This document shows positions 27,601 through 39,600 of a DNA stretch of 64,000 nt, in pieces. Below the pieces are notes generated by a model. The model did no database searches, was not told the origin of the DNA, and saw only the letters and a list, made by a program, of their open reading frames with translations. Position 1 is the first letter of the stretch; each line of letters opens with the position of its first letter. The DNA comes from Callorhinchus milii (Eukaryota): contig NW_024704743.1 of NCBI RefSeq assembly GCF_018977255.1, positions 78,368,001 through 78,432,000 of the forward strand, given 5' to 3'. A program made the translations under genes and the position numbers.

Positions 27601-30600
27601 AATCTGAAAGCAAGATTGATGACAGTGAAGTCCAGAAACAGGACCATCCTAGCCTTCCACTAGAGCAGGGCAAGTGGAGGTGAAAGGTTTCCAGTAGAGT
27701 ACACATACAGTTACAAAATAAATATGGTAGAAACCAAACTTGTGGAGGAGTTCATGACCCATTCGCACTCCTCTGTGAAATGATCCTGCATAATGGGGGA
27801 TGAATATAAAATTGGAAAATTATTTCATAAATGAATGTAAAAGCTACATTTTCTCTTCCAGCTCAGTAACTTAAATTGGAAAATAACAAGAAACTTACTT
27901 GCAAACCACGCAGCCCTTGTGGCCCTCTTGGCCCTGGGTCCCCTCTGTTTCCCTACATAGGTATTAACATAATATTAATATTTACATGGTTAAATAGAAG
28001 CCATCCTTCATTAGGTAAATTATTCACATGCATGGTCTAAGAGTAACAATGAATTAATAGCATAACAAATTAGTGTGGAATAAAAAGTACCTTTGCTCCT
28101 ATTTGTCCTGTTTCACCTGCTAAACCTGGAACTCCCAGTAGACCCTGAAGTCAGATCACATAATATGTTTTGAACACTTTCCATCAGAACTTTCTTTGTA
28201 ACAAAAGATGATAAAATGATTTAAAACATTTTACTTAATTAATTTCAATTTACATCTTTGCCTGGCTCCCCATCTATACCAGAGATTCCACTGAGTCCAA
28301 CAGCACCCTGAAGGGAAGAGAGATCTAAAATTAGATTTAAATCCACAATATACAACTATTAATGATAACAGTAAAGAAATGTCTGTTTGATTTCACCTTT
28401 CTGCCCTGTGGTCCCCTCTGTCCTATTAATCCTGGATATCCCTTCAACAGGAATGGGAAATAAAAGACAAACAGTAAAATGATGTTGCATTTACCAATAA
28501 AATTAATGTCATAAGAGACACATCACCAATGATAGCACACAATAAAATCTAATATATACACTCACCACAACTATGGTCCAAAACTGCTATTGCTAATCCA
28601 TAGTTCATTGTCTAAAATCCTACTACTAAATAGTTAATAATCAATAAGAAAGTAATACATTCTGCATACAAATTAACCCCATAGTTTTTCTTTAATATCC
28701 TTGAGAGGCCACAAGTAAAATCATTGTTTAGCTTATTTTCATATGGCAATATGTCTAGTGTTAGAGGGATGAATTCTAGGATTGACTGAACAAGCTAAGG
28801 TTATTCAGCTTTGAAACTAAACATCTCAGAGAAGATGTTCTAGGGGTACATAAGATGCTAAAAGGATATAAATAAATATAAAATAATAAATCCAATACTT
28901 TCAGATATACCAAAAAATACATATAATAATAATTTGGTCACTCAATCCACGACTATGTGTGGACACTGCTGTGTGCAAATGGCTGCCATGTTTCGCCAAA
29001 ATATACAGTCAATTCACTTTACAGTATATTCTGTGAAGGGCTTTGAGACATCTCAAAGATATGATAAGGCACTATGTCAACTGGAAGGATTATTATTATT
29101 ATTACTACCAAGCAATAATAACTTGCATTTATTTAGCACCTTTCAAATAATAGATCAACTTAAAGTGCTTGAAGCAGCAATAAAAGAGGCCATAAGCTTC
29201 GGGTTATGAAGGTTAATTTTGGAATCAATACATTTCTGTACACAGACGGCATTCAAAAGCTGAAATGGTGGGGATGGGAGTTTATTCCAAGACAATGTAG
29301 TGATTTAAGACATGGCGTGATGCCAAAATGGGAAGACAGTAGAATTGGTACTCTGGCAAAAGATGAAAGTAGAGATGGGCCAAACCAGCATCTACATCCA
29401 AGCCTTCCTTATAATTTTCCAATGTTTTTGTTTTAAAACAAAATCACATTATTAACTTCTTCAGGAAAATTAATATCTTCAGATAATTAACATTTTGAAC
29501 TAAATCTATCATAAGAAACCAGCCTGAACTCTGCAAACGTACCATATAGCCGTGGTCTCCTGCATCTCCTGAGAATCCAAGCTCACCAGGGAAGCCCTGT
29601 CATATTCGCATATACATAGAAAAGATAATAATCCAGTGTGAACAATTATTTTGTGCAGATTGCATTATTAAGAATCCTGTTCAAACATTAAGCAGAACAA
29701 TAATAAATACGTAGTAAACCTTTGGTCCCATGGCACCAGGAGATCCAATTGCACCTGGTTTGCCTCGAGAGCCCTGTTATAAAGAGCAAATAAAATTGAT
29801 TTAATCATGGCAATGTCTTCTTACTGCCCACAGCAATAAGTGAAAACTGTGGAGTTTTTAATAAGTAAACATAGTAACTTTTTATTTTCGCCTGCAGCTG
29901 TTGTTGATTATCGGCCACTCGCTCCCCGAAGAAACACTTACCTTTTCACCCGAGGGACCGGGTCTGCCTTCTTCACCAACTATTCCGATATCACCCTGAG
30001 AATAAATGCAACATTTATTGCAATCTGTCTGAAACATTGCAACATCAAGACACAGCAATAAAATAGTGCACACTGGAATACTTACATTTTCACCTTTGGA
30101 TCCTGGTTCCCCTCGTGGGCCTGGAAGTCCAACTGAACCCTACAGTTAGGAGTTGTTAAAATGATTATCTGAACGTAGTACACAGTTCACTGTTTAAATT
30201 TTGGTTGTGGATGACAGACTCACAAGCAAGACTTGAGGCAGGGATTCTTCCACTGCAAACACAAAGCTTTAATGGGTAGAATGGCTCTAACTGGACAAAC
30301 AGTAGGACACTTTGTCAAAGTGAAAATTGTTCTCTGCTCTTCCCAAAATAACTCTCTTATAGATCACATGCAGGACTACTTTTAAAACAAAAGCCAATTT
30401 ATTTTATTAATAATAATAATCCTTGCATTTTATGTAAGGAGAATGTCAGGAGAATGTCTCAAAGCACTTCACAGGATTTGTTGTAAAATTTGTTTTGTAA
30501 AGTGGAGTGACTGTGTTTTGTAGGCTAACCAACAGCGAATTTATGCACAGCAGTGTTCCACAAATAGCCATGAAGTGAATAACCAATTTTATTCGTGTGA

Positions 30601-33600
30601 TTTTCACTAAAAGATTACTATTAAAGCAAACCTAAGAATATTTGAAGTTTTGTGCCTGATCTGTCTCAATCTAGTTAGGAAGTTTGAAAACTATTGCGCT
30701 TACATAACAATTTGCAAGATAATAATAATAATAATAATCCTTGCATTTGATATAGCGCTTTTCACGTCGGGAGGACGTCCCAAAGCGCTTCACAGAAGAC
30801 ACTGTAAAGTGAATTGACTGTATATTTGTGGGCGAACGCGGCAGCTAATTGCGCACAGCAATGTCCCACAAACAGTCGTAGATTGAAAATGACCAATTTA
30901 ATTATTGTTTTTTTTGGAGGGATTATTATTAGGCTCTGTGTGGAGTAAGGAAACTTGCCCAAGGTTTCGCTCTGCCTGGAATTGAACTCAGGTCTCTCAC
31001 TTGCAAAGCGAGTGCTCTAACCACTGAGCTACAGGACTCCACAAAGATAATGGCAAGTACGCTGTTTGTGCAAGACTTTACATAAAATTACATAGAATAT
31101 TTCAGCGCAGACACAGGCCATTGGCCCAAGTAATCCAGGCCAGTGTTTATACACCACATGAGCCTCCAACCCTCTTAATTGCCTTTTCCATATCCATTCC
31201 CTTCATGCATGTGACTTTAGAGGTGCTTATGTTCATATCTTTACATTCATTAAGTTACTTCAAACTGGAAGGAACAGTGGGGATTTTGCAAAAAATGAAC
31301 TAGTTCATGCAACTGTACTTTCAATTACTTAATATTTCTTAACATAAAGTTGACTTAGTTTTATCTGAAAACATACATCGTTTGAACACACTACAAAAGA
31401 CATTCAGGTTGGTGGCAACAATTGGAAGGATAAGAACAGTATTTAATTCCTGCAAATTTGTTTTCTTGTCTTTTTAACAATATATACATAAACCATTTAG
31501 ATAATTGAGGTTCTTCACTGAATATCTTAAAAGATTCCCAAAAAAGACAAACTGTCTTTTTAATCCTTTCAGGGCATAAAATATATACCAAATAAACTGG
31601 TGAATGGGTTTAATTTGTCTGCCTCCTGTATTGTTGAAGAGATTACAACAGCTTCTTCCCCACCATCTTAAATGAAATGCATTTTAAAGGAAATTAGAGA
31701 CAACGTCGTTTGAGGGAGTTTATTTGAAATTATGTAAATGGATAAATTGAGCTTTGGGGGGGGGGGGGTGAGAGTTAACAATGAATCTGTACTAACTGAA
31801 ACACGCAGAACACCTGACTTTTGGCAGTGACTGGTCAACTTTCCATGCTAAAAATGGCTAGCTTCTGGGTTGTCAGGTCACTGCCGACATCACTTCCTGT
31901 GCATTGAACAAGCAGAGAGCGTCGTGATGTAATTTCCTGCTTGTGCACAGACACACTATGTGCAGGAAATGATATCAGCAACTACCTAGTGACCCAGAAA
32001 CTGCCAATGTGGTGAATAACCAAATAATCTGGAGAATTGTTGAGCAAAATATTGGGATAAGCCTTTTATCTTTTTGAATAATATCACCATATTTTTAATA
32101 TCCACCTGAAGAACAGGCATTTAGGAACTCTGGTTAACTCAGTAATGTTTCACAAACAGTTGCTATTCTCATGAGTGAATATATTTAGCAAATTTCACCG
32201 CTGTTCCTGGCCTAGTCCATTCACTCTTAAAACCAGTATTTAAGTCAACAGTTATCGGTGCAAAATCACATCTCATCTTCACCCATAAGTCAGTTCCTTT
32301 TAAGAAACAATGATTTCCAAATCAAGTCTAAATTTAAGAATTTTCCACAATTCTGCGCAACCTTACATTTTAAAACAAAATGTTTTTACAAGATACATGA
32401 GATTCGGGCTTTATGTACTCACGAAATTACAAGATTAAATGTCAGGAAATTATCTCAGTAGTCTCCAGGCTACACTTAGCAAATGAAAATTATTGATGCA
32501 GGGTTGCAGAGTTTATCCCAACCACAAGTAACCCTTCACTACTTATTCAGGAATCTTTCAGACTATCTTCAGTCTTTGAATACAGTGCACATACCCACTG
32601 TTCCACATTATGTATACTCTATAAATCCATTGGTGAGAAGAAGATGAATTGATACAAAGTATATGTACATGAGGTGTAGATTCTCTTATCCATTTGCAAA
32701 CTTCAGTTTATGCACAAAAAATTTGCTGTACCTTTTGCCCAGGTTCTCCAGCAACACCATTCTCTCCAGGGAGACCAGGGAGTCCCTGGGATGCAAAGCA
32801 ATCTTAGTTTAAGTGTTTCACACATTAGAAATAGTAAAGCATTCTTCAAGGATTTTAAATATCTTTCAGCAAAGGTGGGTTCATACTTACTATGGCTCCT
32901 GAGTAACCAGGATCCCCTTCAGATCCTTCTATTCCTTCCTCGCCCTAAGAAAAGCATAATAAAATAAACCTATTGTATATTGCAGAAATACATGTGCTGT
33001 AAACATAATAAATATGAACTAACAAATTATTCCTTGCTTTTAGATAATAAATGCTCAATTTAATCAAGTTTCACTAACATCAGTTCACAACAATGCTACT
33101 TTCCAAATCTTATTAATGCGCCATTTATACAGTATATTTGGCAACAAATCACTTCCAAACATTTAAGCGTGAAGGCACATAGGCTGTTCCAATCATACTG
33201 GAGCACTGCTCCCAACAACACGTTGTAAAAATGGTTTCAGAAGCAGCACGGTTCACACTTGCACAGTATAAATGTGGTGGGTGTAACTCACACCGGATTT
33301 ACTCTGCCATGTTCCATTCCTAGCCTTGAACAATTCATCAGCTTTGAAATGACTTATTTTTAATGCTATTAAAGAGCTGGTTGTGCTAAAATCTCTATGC
33401 TCACAACATTAAAATTATATTATTGGGTATTTCTGACACCTCAGGACAAACCTGGCTTCTTTCTTTCCATTGCTGCACTGCAGTATTTGTCCTGAGTTAA
33501 ATGCAGAATTAATATCAACATCTAAATAAAAAGGATAAGGAAGATAATAAATAATAAAAATTAAGGAAAGTGTCTAAAGACAAAGTCGAGAAGAAGCACA

Positions 33601-36600
33601 GAAAAGAAAGGGAAGAGACAGGGAATTGAAGATTGTTTTCACTTTGAGTGTCTTTGTCTTTAGGTCTTTTACGTTTCACTATTTATCATCTTCCTTTGTT
33701 CCTTTATTTATACATTCATAATTTTCCCTTTTTATTGATACAAATTTCTGTAAATCTCTGGAATCAATAATAAAATACTAGTTTGTCATTAAAATAATCC
33801 AAATTCAGGTTTAAAATCTATTTATAGATTGGTAGTTCTCTGTGGTACGATATATAGAGATTTGCTCAACACAGTGATACACAGACTGATAATTTCTGGT
33901 GCAAAAACCATAGAATGCAATCGCTATAATAAACCTAGAAAGATCAACTCAACTGGTATCTAACTAATCTCTACAGAGAAGTTATTGTTATAGGAATGAA
34001 AATGAGCAAATCTAATTAAGTATTAAATATTTAATAACTGATAACAAATAGTTTAGTTTTATTACATTATAACAAAATAAACTGTATTAGTGGTAATGAA
34101 AACACAACTCCTAAATTCCAGTTAACCTAAAAAGTGTAAATCCTTTCAGGTCACAAATAGATGAGGAATCCTCCCTGGAAGTTTTTAACTTCTGACAAAT
34201 AGTATCTAACTGCACATATCAGACACGTAATGTGCGCATTCTATATATGGATATATATGTAATATATCTATTGTTAATGAAACTTACCCTTTCCCCTTGA
34301 TCACCCCTTCTCCCCTGGGCACCTTTAAAACCTTGGTAACCCTACAACAAAATAAATTCATTTAGGGTTTGCTTCAAACATGTATATATAGGTGGCATTT
34401 CCCTCATTTGAGTGAGCTCATGGAGAAGACCGTACTTGCGAATAGCATAACACTAAGCCACAGAAACCATAAGGTTGGATTCCTTGCACTGTGCTGAAGT
34501 GCCTGATCTAACCAGCTCTGATGCCCATTCCCATTTTCCAGTGCTACTTGCTGGAAAATAGATGCAAAAGAATAGAAATTGGATTATTTGCAAGAAATTG
34601 GATTATATTCAATTCCACAGAACCATCAACAGATGGACTTTCAGCTATTCTGCTCTGGCTCTCGCTAGTCTTGCCCCCTCTCTCCCCTTTTTCTAGTCCC
34701 GCCTGAAAACCTTCCTCTTCGACCATGCATACGGCCACCTCCCCCCCCCAACCCCCATGCCCCACCTCTCCCCCCGGCTCAGAGTCAGGCTCCACCACTG
34801 TTAAGTGCTCTGAGATGCTACCCTGCGTCAAGGGCGCTATATAAGTGTAACTTTTTGTTGTAGAAACAGGAGTAGGCCTTCAGCCCCTGGAACCCATTCC
34901 ACCATTTTATAAGATCTTGGCTGGTCAGTACACCAAGTCCAATTACCTGCCCTTACCCCTTATCCCTTAATACTCTGACCTAACATGATGTGGTTTTACA
35001 TACCTTTCTGCCCTGAGGTCCAGGAAATCCATTGGTACCTTCCTCACCTTCATAACCCTATAACAAAGACATATACCTCAATACGTCAGACAAAAGCATT
35101 ATTGATTTGTGCATACCAACTCCGGAAAGATTCTTCAAGTGGTGGAAGTATATTACCTTTGAACCAGGGAAACCGGGGAAACCAGACATAGCAGCCACAC
35201 AGTCACATTCTGCTGAGGCGGTTTCAATTCCTAGAGCGTCACACTGCATTGAATAACAATTAATGAATCAAACGATCCAAAACGAAACAAAAGCAAATTG
35301 CATTTATATAGTGCCTTTCATGTCAGGAGCACATCCCAAGGTGCTGAATTATAGAATTTTTTTTTCAAGATTTTTATTTCTGTGAAAGTTCAAAAACAAT
35401 TATGAAATGTAAAAGAACATTTCGCCATGAAATATATAATAGGGTTAGCAACAATTAGCAACAAGCGGAATTAATAGCAACTCCATGTCCCAAACTAGGG
35501 TACCCTGCTGGTATAATGAAGTGTATCACAGTCAGAGCAGATTATCCGTCAGTGGGCACGACACACTTACATTTATCAGCCAGATCCTTCATTTATTACT
35601 TGTGGCTGCAATATTAACAATTCCTGTTATGAATTGCCATAATAGAACCCAATCCCTCTGTACTACTATGTGTTCCAACGTTGTTATGGAGAGTCATGCA
35701 ATGATGTGTGCAGGTCTGATTCCAGCCTTCTCCCCTCTACACTGAGTTCTTGATCTCAACTAGACTGGTGCAAAAGGCACCTTGCAAAGGCTATGATACA
35801 CATCTTGCACAGGTGAGAAATAATCTGATCGATGCTCTTTTCTGGGTGAATCTCGCATGCCTCCTAGTAGTTGTTCAAGAGCATGCTTGGCAGTAGCAGG
35901 AGAACAGCAGTCAGTCTTAGATGCTACAACAACAATAACTTGCACAATATAGTGCCCTCCAAGACGGCTGGGGTCTCAGAGAGCTTAGCGATGGTGGAGC
36001 CCAAGGCTGAGCCTGGGGGAAGGGGACCGAAGGTGCAGTCAAAAAGGAAGGTCTTCAGGTGCGACCTGAAGATGGGGAAGGAAGGGGCAAGGCAAAGGGG
36101 TTGAGGGGGGGAGTTCCAAGGTTTCGGGGCGTAGTAGCTGAAGGCATGGCCACCGATGGTGGAGCGGAGGATTCGGGGAACTCGGAGGAGACGTGGAGTT
36201 TGGCAAGGACTGGAGTAATCGGGCTACGAAGTTGGTGCGAATGAAAATGCGGGCGGCAGAGTTTTGAATGAGCTGGATTTTGTGAATAGTGGAGGAGAGG
36301 AGACCAGCGAGGAGGGCATTAGAGTAGTCCATCCAAGAGGTGAAAAAGGCGGGTGGACAAGGGTTTCGGCAGCTTTTGGGGTAAGGTATTGTCAGAGATG
36401 GGCAATGTGGCGGAGGTGGAAGAAAGCAGTGCTGGTCAGGGACCAGATGTGGGGGAGGAAGGATAACTGTGGATCGAACCTGATGCCTAAGTTGCGCAGA
36501 GGTTCAGAGAGTATTAAAGATAGGTCGGGTAGGTTGAGGAGGTCGGAACCATGGGACGGAAGACGTCGGCGGGAGCCAAAGAGTATGGCTTCCGTCTTGT

Positions 36601-39600
36601 TGACGTTCAACTGCAGGAAATTTGCGCTCATCCAGTTCCTGATGTCCGACAGACAAGCTCATGACAGAAACTAATTCAGGTAAAAAGAGAGCAGTAAATC
36701 CTCCAAAAAAAAGGTGCAATTCATGAAGAAATTAAAAGAAAATTAAAGCAAATGTTAGTCTCTTATTCTAATAAATAATAACTTGCATTGATATAAGGAA
36801 ACACAACAAATGGGAAAGAAAATATATAATAGGAAGATTTTCCTTTCTCAGGCATTTTGCACAGTACTTACAATTCCTGGAATTTCACAGCACCTTTCAT
36901 CAGCTGCTTTATTTGGATTACTATAAATCTTGAACTGTTGTAGATCCACCTGAAGCAGAAACAATATTGTAGGGTGAATGGAGGTACATTTCAGTGGGTT
37001 AGTGAACTATTGCTTCAAATCAAGGTTTCATATCCAGACCAAACTGATGGCATGAAAATCTCCTCTCCCAGACATCTGTGAATCAAATGGTTATGGCCAG
37101 TCTCAATCTGGCTCTTTGTGAGTGTGAAAACTAAAGAAGAAGCTGTTTTATTGATTCATTGCACTGTTATTATCATTAAATTTGTCATTTCACACATTTC
37201 CTCCAATGCCACTCAGCTCTCTAGGATGTTACCCTGATGGAGGTTGTGAGCTAAAATAATGTCACCTCTACATTTACATTATATTACTGCAGACCCACCT
37301 GATTTTCTGAGGCATCTCCCCCAAGCAGACCCTGCTTACTTCTCCTCAAGAGGGGGCATTTTTGATATGATACAAATTTTGTCAGGCTCCAAAGAATAAA
37401 GGGTTGAGTGGAAACAGTAAGAATCCTACCCCTTGCTGAACCAACCGAGCTACCAGAATAGCTCTCCTATATATTTAACAGTTAATAAAATGAATAGACT
37501 TCATATACGGAAAAAGACTTACTAGTAGTGTAGAATCAGCCTTTGCTGCTGTAGCTAGAGAGGTAAATCCATCAGTAGTAATAGATCCATACTGTCTAAT
37601 GGGGGCTGTGCCAACCTGCTGACAGTCAACAAGCAAAGTTAACTGGTTCCTTTTGGCGCTTAATGACAGCTTGTGCCAGGCCCCATCAAACAGCTGTCCT
37701 ATGTTCTCAAAGATGGTGATCTCCTCTCCCACAGCTGCCACATTGTAGACTTCAACTGCATTCGTCTCTCCATACAGGCGAAGTCGGAGCTGCTCATCCC
37801 CGTTTCTATCGGTCACTTCCCATAGATTCCACACCATCTCAGGAGTGTCTTCTCTCATTCTGAAGGTCGAGACCAATGAGAATTCTTTGGGGAATCCATA
37901 TGGATGAACAAATCTGTAAAATGTAAATAATATTTTTGCTGAACAATTGAAAACATATTTTAAAGGTGAATGTGAAGCTTTTTCAAACTTGTCAATGAAA
38001 TAATAAATTCCATTCTGGTGGCACACTGATATGGCACTATACAAATGTAATTTGTTGTTGTCTCATACCTCCCACTCCTCCCCTCTTCCTGTCACTCTAC
38101 GTACTGCCTCATACCTGGTCCCATTGCTCTACCCGCTGCCTCATACCTCCCGTTCTGCCTCTCTTTATGTTGCTCTTCACGTTGCTTCATGCCTCATACC
38201 AATCTCTTGAGAGGCAGCATGGAGAGCGACAGGAAGAGAGCCAGAGTGGGAAGCATGAAGCAGCTTAGAGAGCAACAAGAAAGTGGCTTCACTAATGACA
38301 TCCCGCCCAGCAACCACAATTGTAAACCCTGGCTTGGCCCCTGGATGAGAATGCAGGATTTGGTGCGGGTGAGGGTACAGCCAGTGGAGTTTTGTATTAG
38401 CTGGATTTAGGAATATATTTAAAAAGTCTAGTCAGGAGATAACAAAGACATGAATGAGGGTTTCTACAGATTTGATGTGAGATAGGATAAAGATGGATAA
38501 TGCAGAGGTTGAAGAAATGTAGTATTGGTTTGGGAATGAATGTCAGCTGAAGATCAAACTGAATATCAATGTTGCACACTCGTTTGTTGAGTTTGAAGGA
38601 AGCCAAGGAGGTCAAACCTGGAGGTGAGAAGGCAAATGATGGAAATACAGAGATCTGTTCTCTTTTTTGTGGAAATTACAGTCCAACTGTAGTTGCTAAG
38701 TCGATGTTTCCAGTTTCATTATACATTTTCTCAACAGCACCAAGCATTGTACCATCATTGTTCTCATGGCAGTAATAAAATGAGCTCAACGTTTTTGCTT
38801 CTAGTTAAAAAGGTGTGTGTTCAAACTCTATGTTGAAGCTTGATGGCTCCTAATGCTGATAGGCACTCCAGTGCAATGTTGGTGCAACACAATAGTGTAA
38901 GCGGTGCCATCCTTTCGATAAGATGTTAAACCAGGGTCACATCTGTTGTTCAAGTGTATGTTAAAAATCCCAGAATATTATTCAAAATGAGAAGGATGTT
39001 TCTCCCAATGTTCTGGTCGACAATCCTTCAGATAAATTGTTCATTCCCTTCACAGGGACCTTGCTTTGTTTAAAATGGCTCCTGGATTATCTACAAACAC
39101 ATGGTAACTACATTTCACAGGAATTCACCATGGAGTGTGATGTCTTGCCAGGCTGTATAAAATACAAGAATTATTAAAATGTTGCTCCTGATTTCTTGTA
39201 AGCAATGTATGCATTTTAAGTAGGTAATTGGGAAACACTCATCTTAAAAACTGGTAAATAAAATAATGTTAGTGAATGTTGGAAACTAAACATTGGAGAA
39301 TGTGCTGTGCACTAAATCCTGTGAAGTCTTTCTGATATAAGAGGTCCTATGCTAAATAGAAGGGAATGAATAAAAAAAGCAAACACACTATATTACAAAT
39401 CTCTCAACCTTTAAATGATAGCCCTTTCATACATCACATACCTTGTTTCTTTCCCAATCTGTATACTTCTTTCTAGGCGATAGGCTGTTAGGCCTATTTT
39501 GGATCCTTCCACTACATTAATTCCTGGTATGCTCAATATTTTTAATGTATCTAGCACATCAGTAACTGGAACAGAGGGTAAATGTGTCTATTAACAAAAT

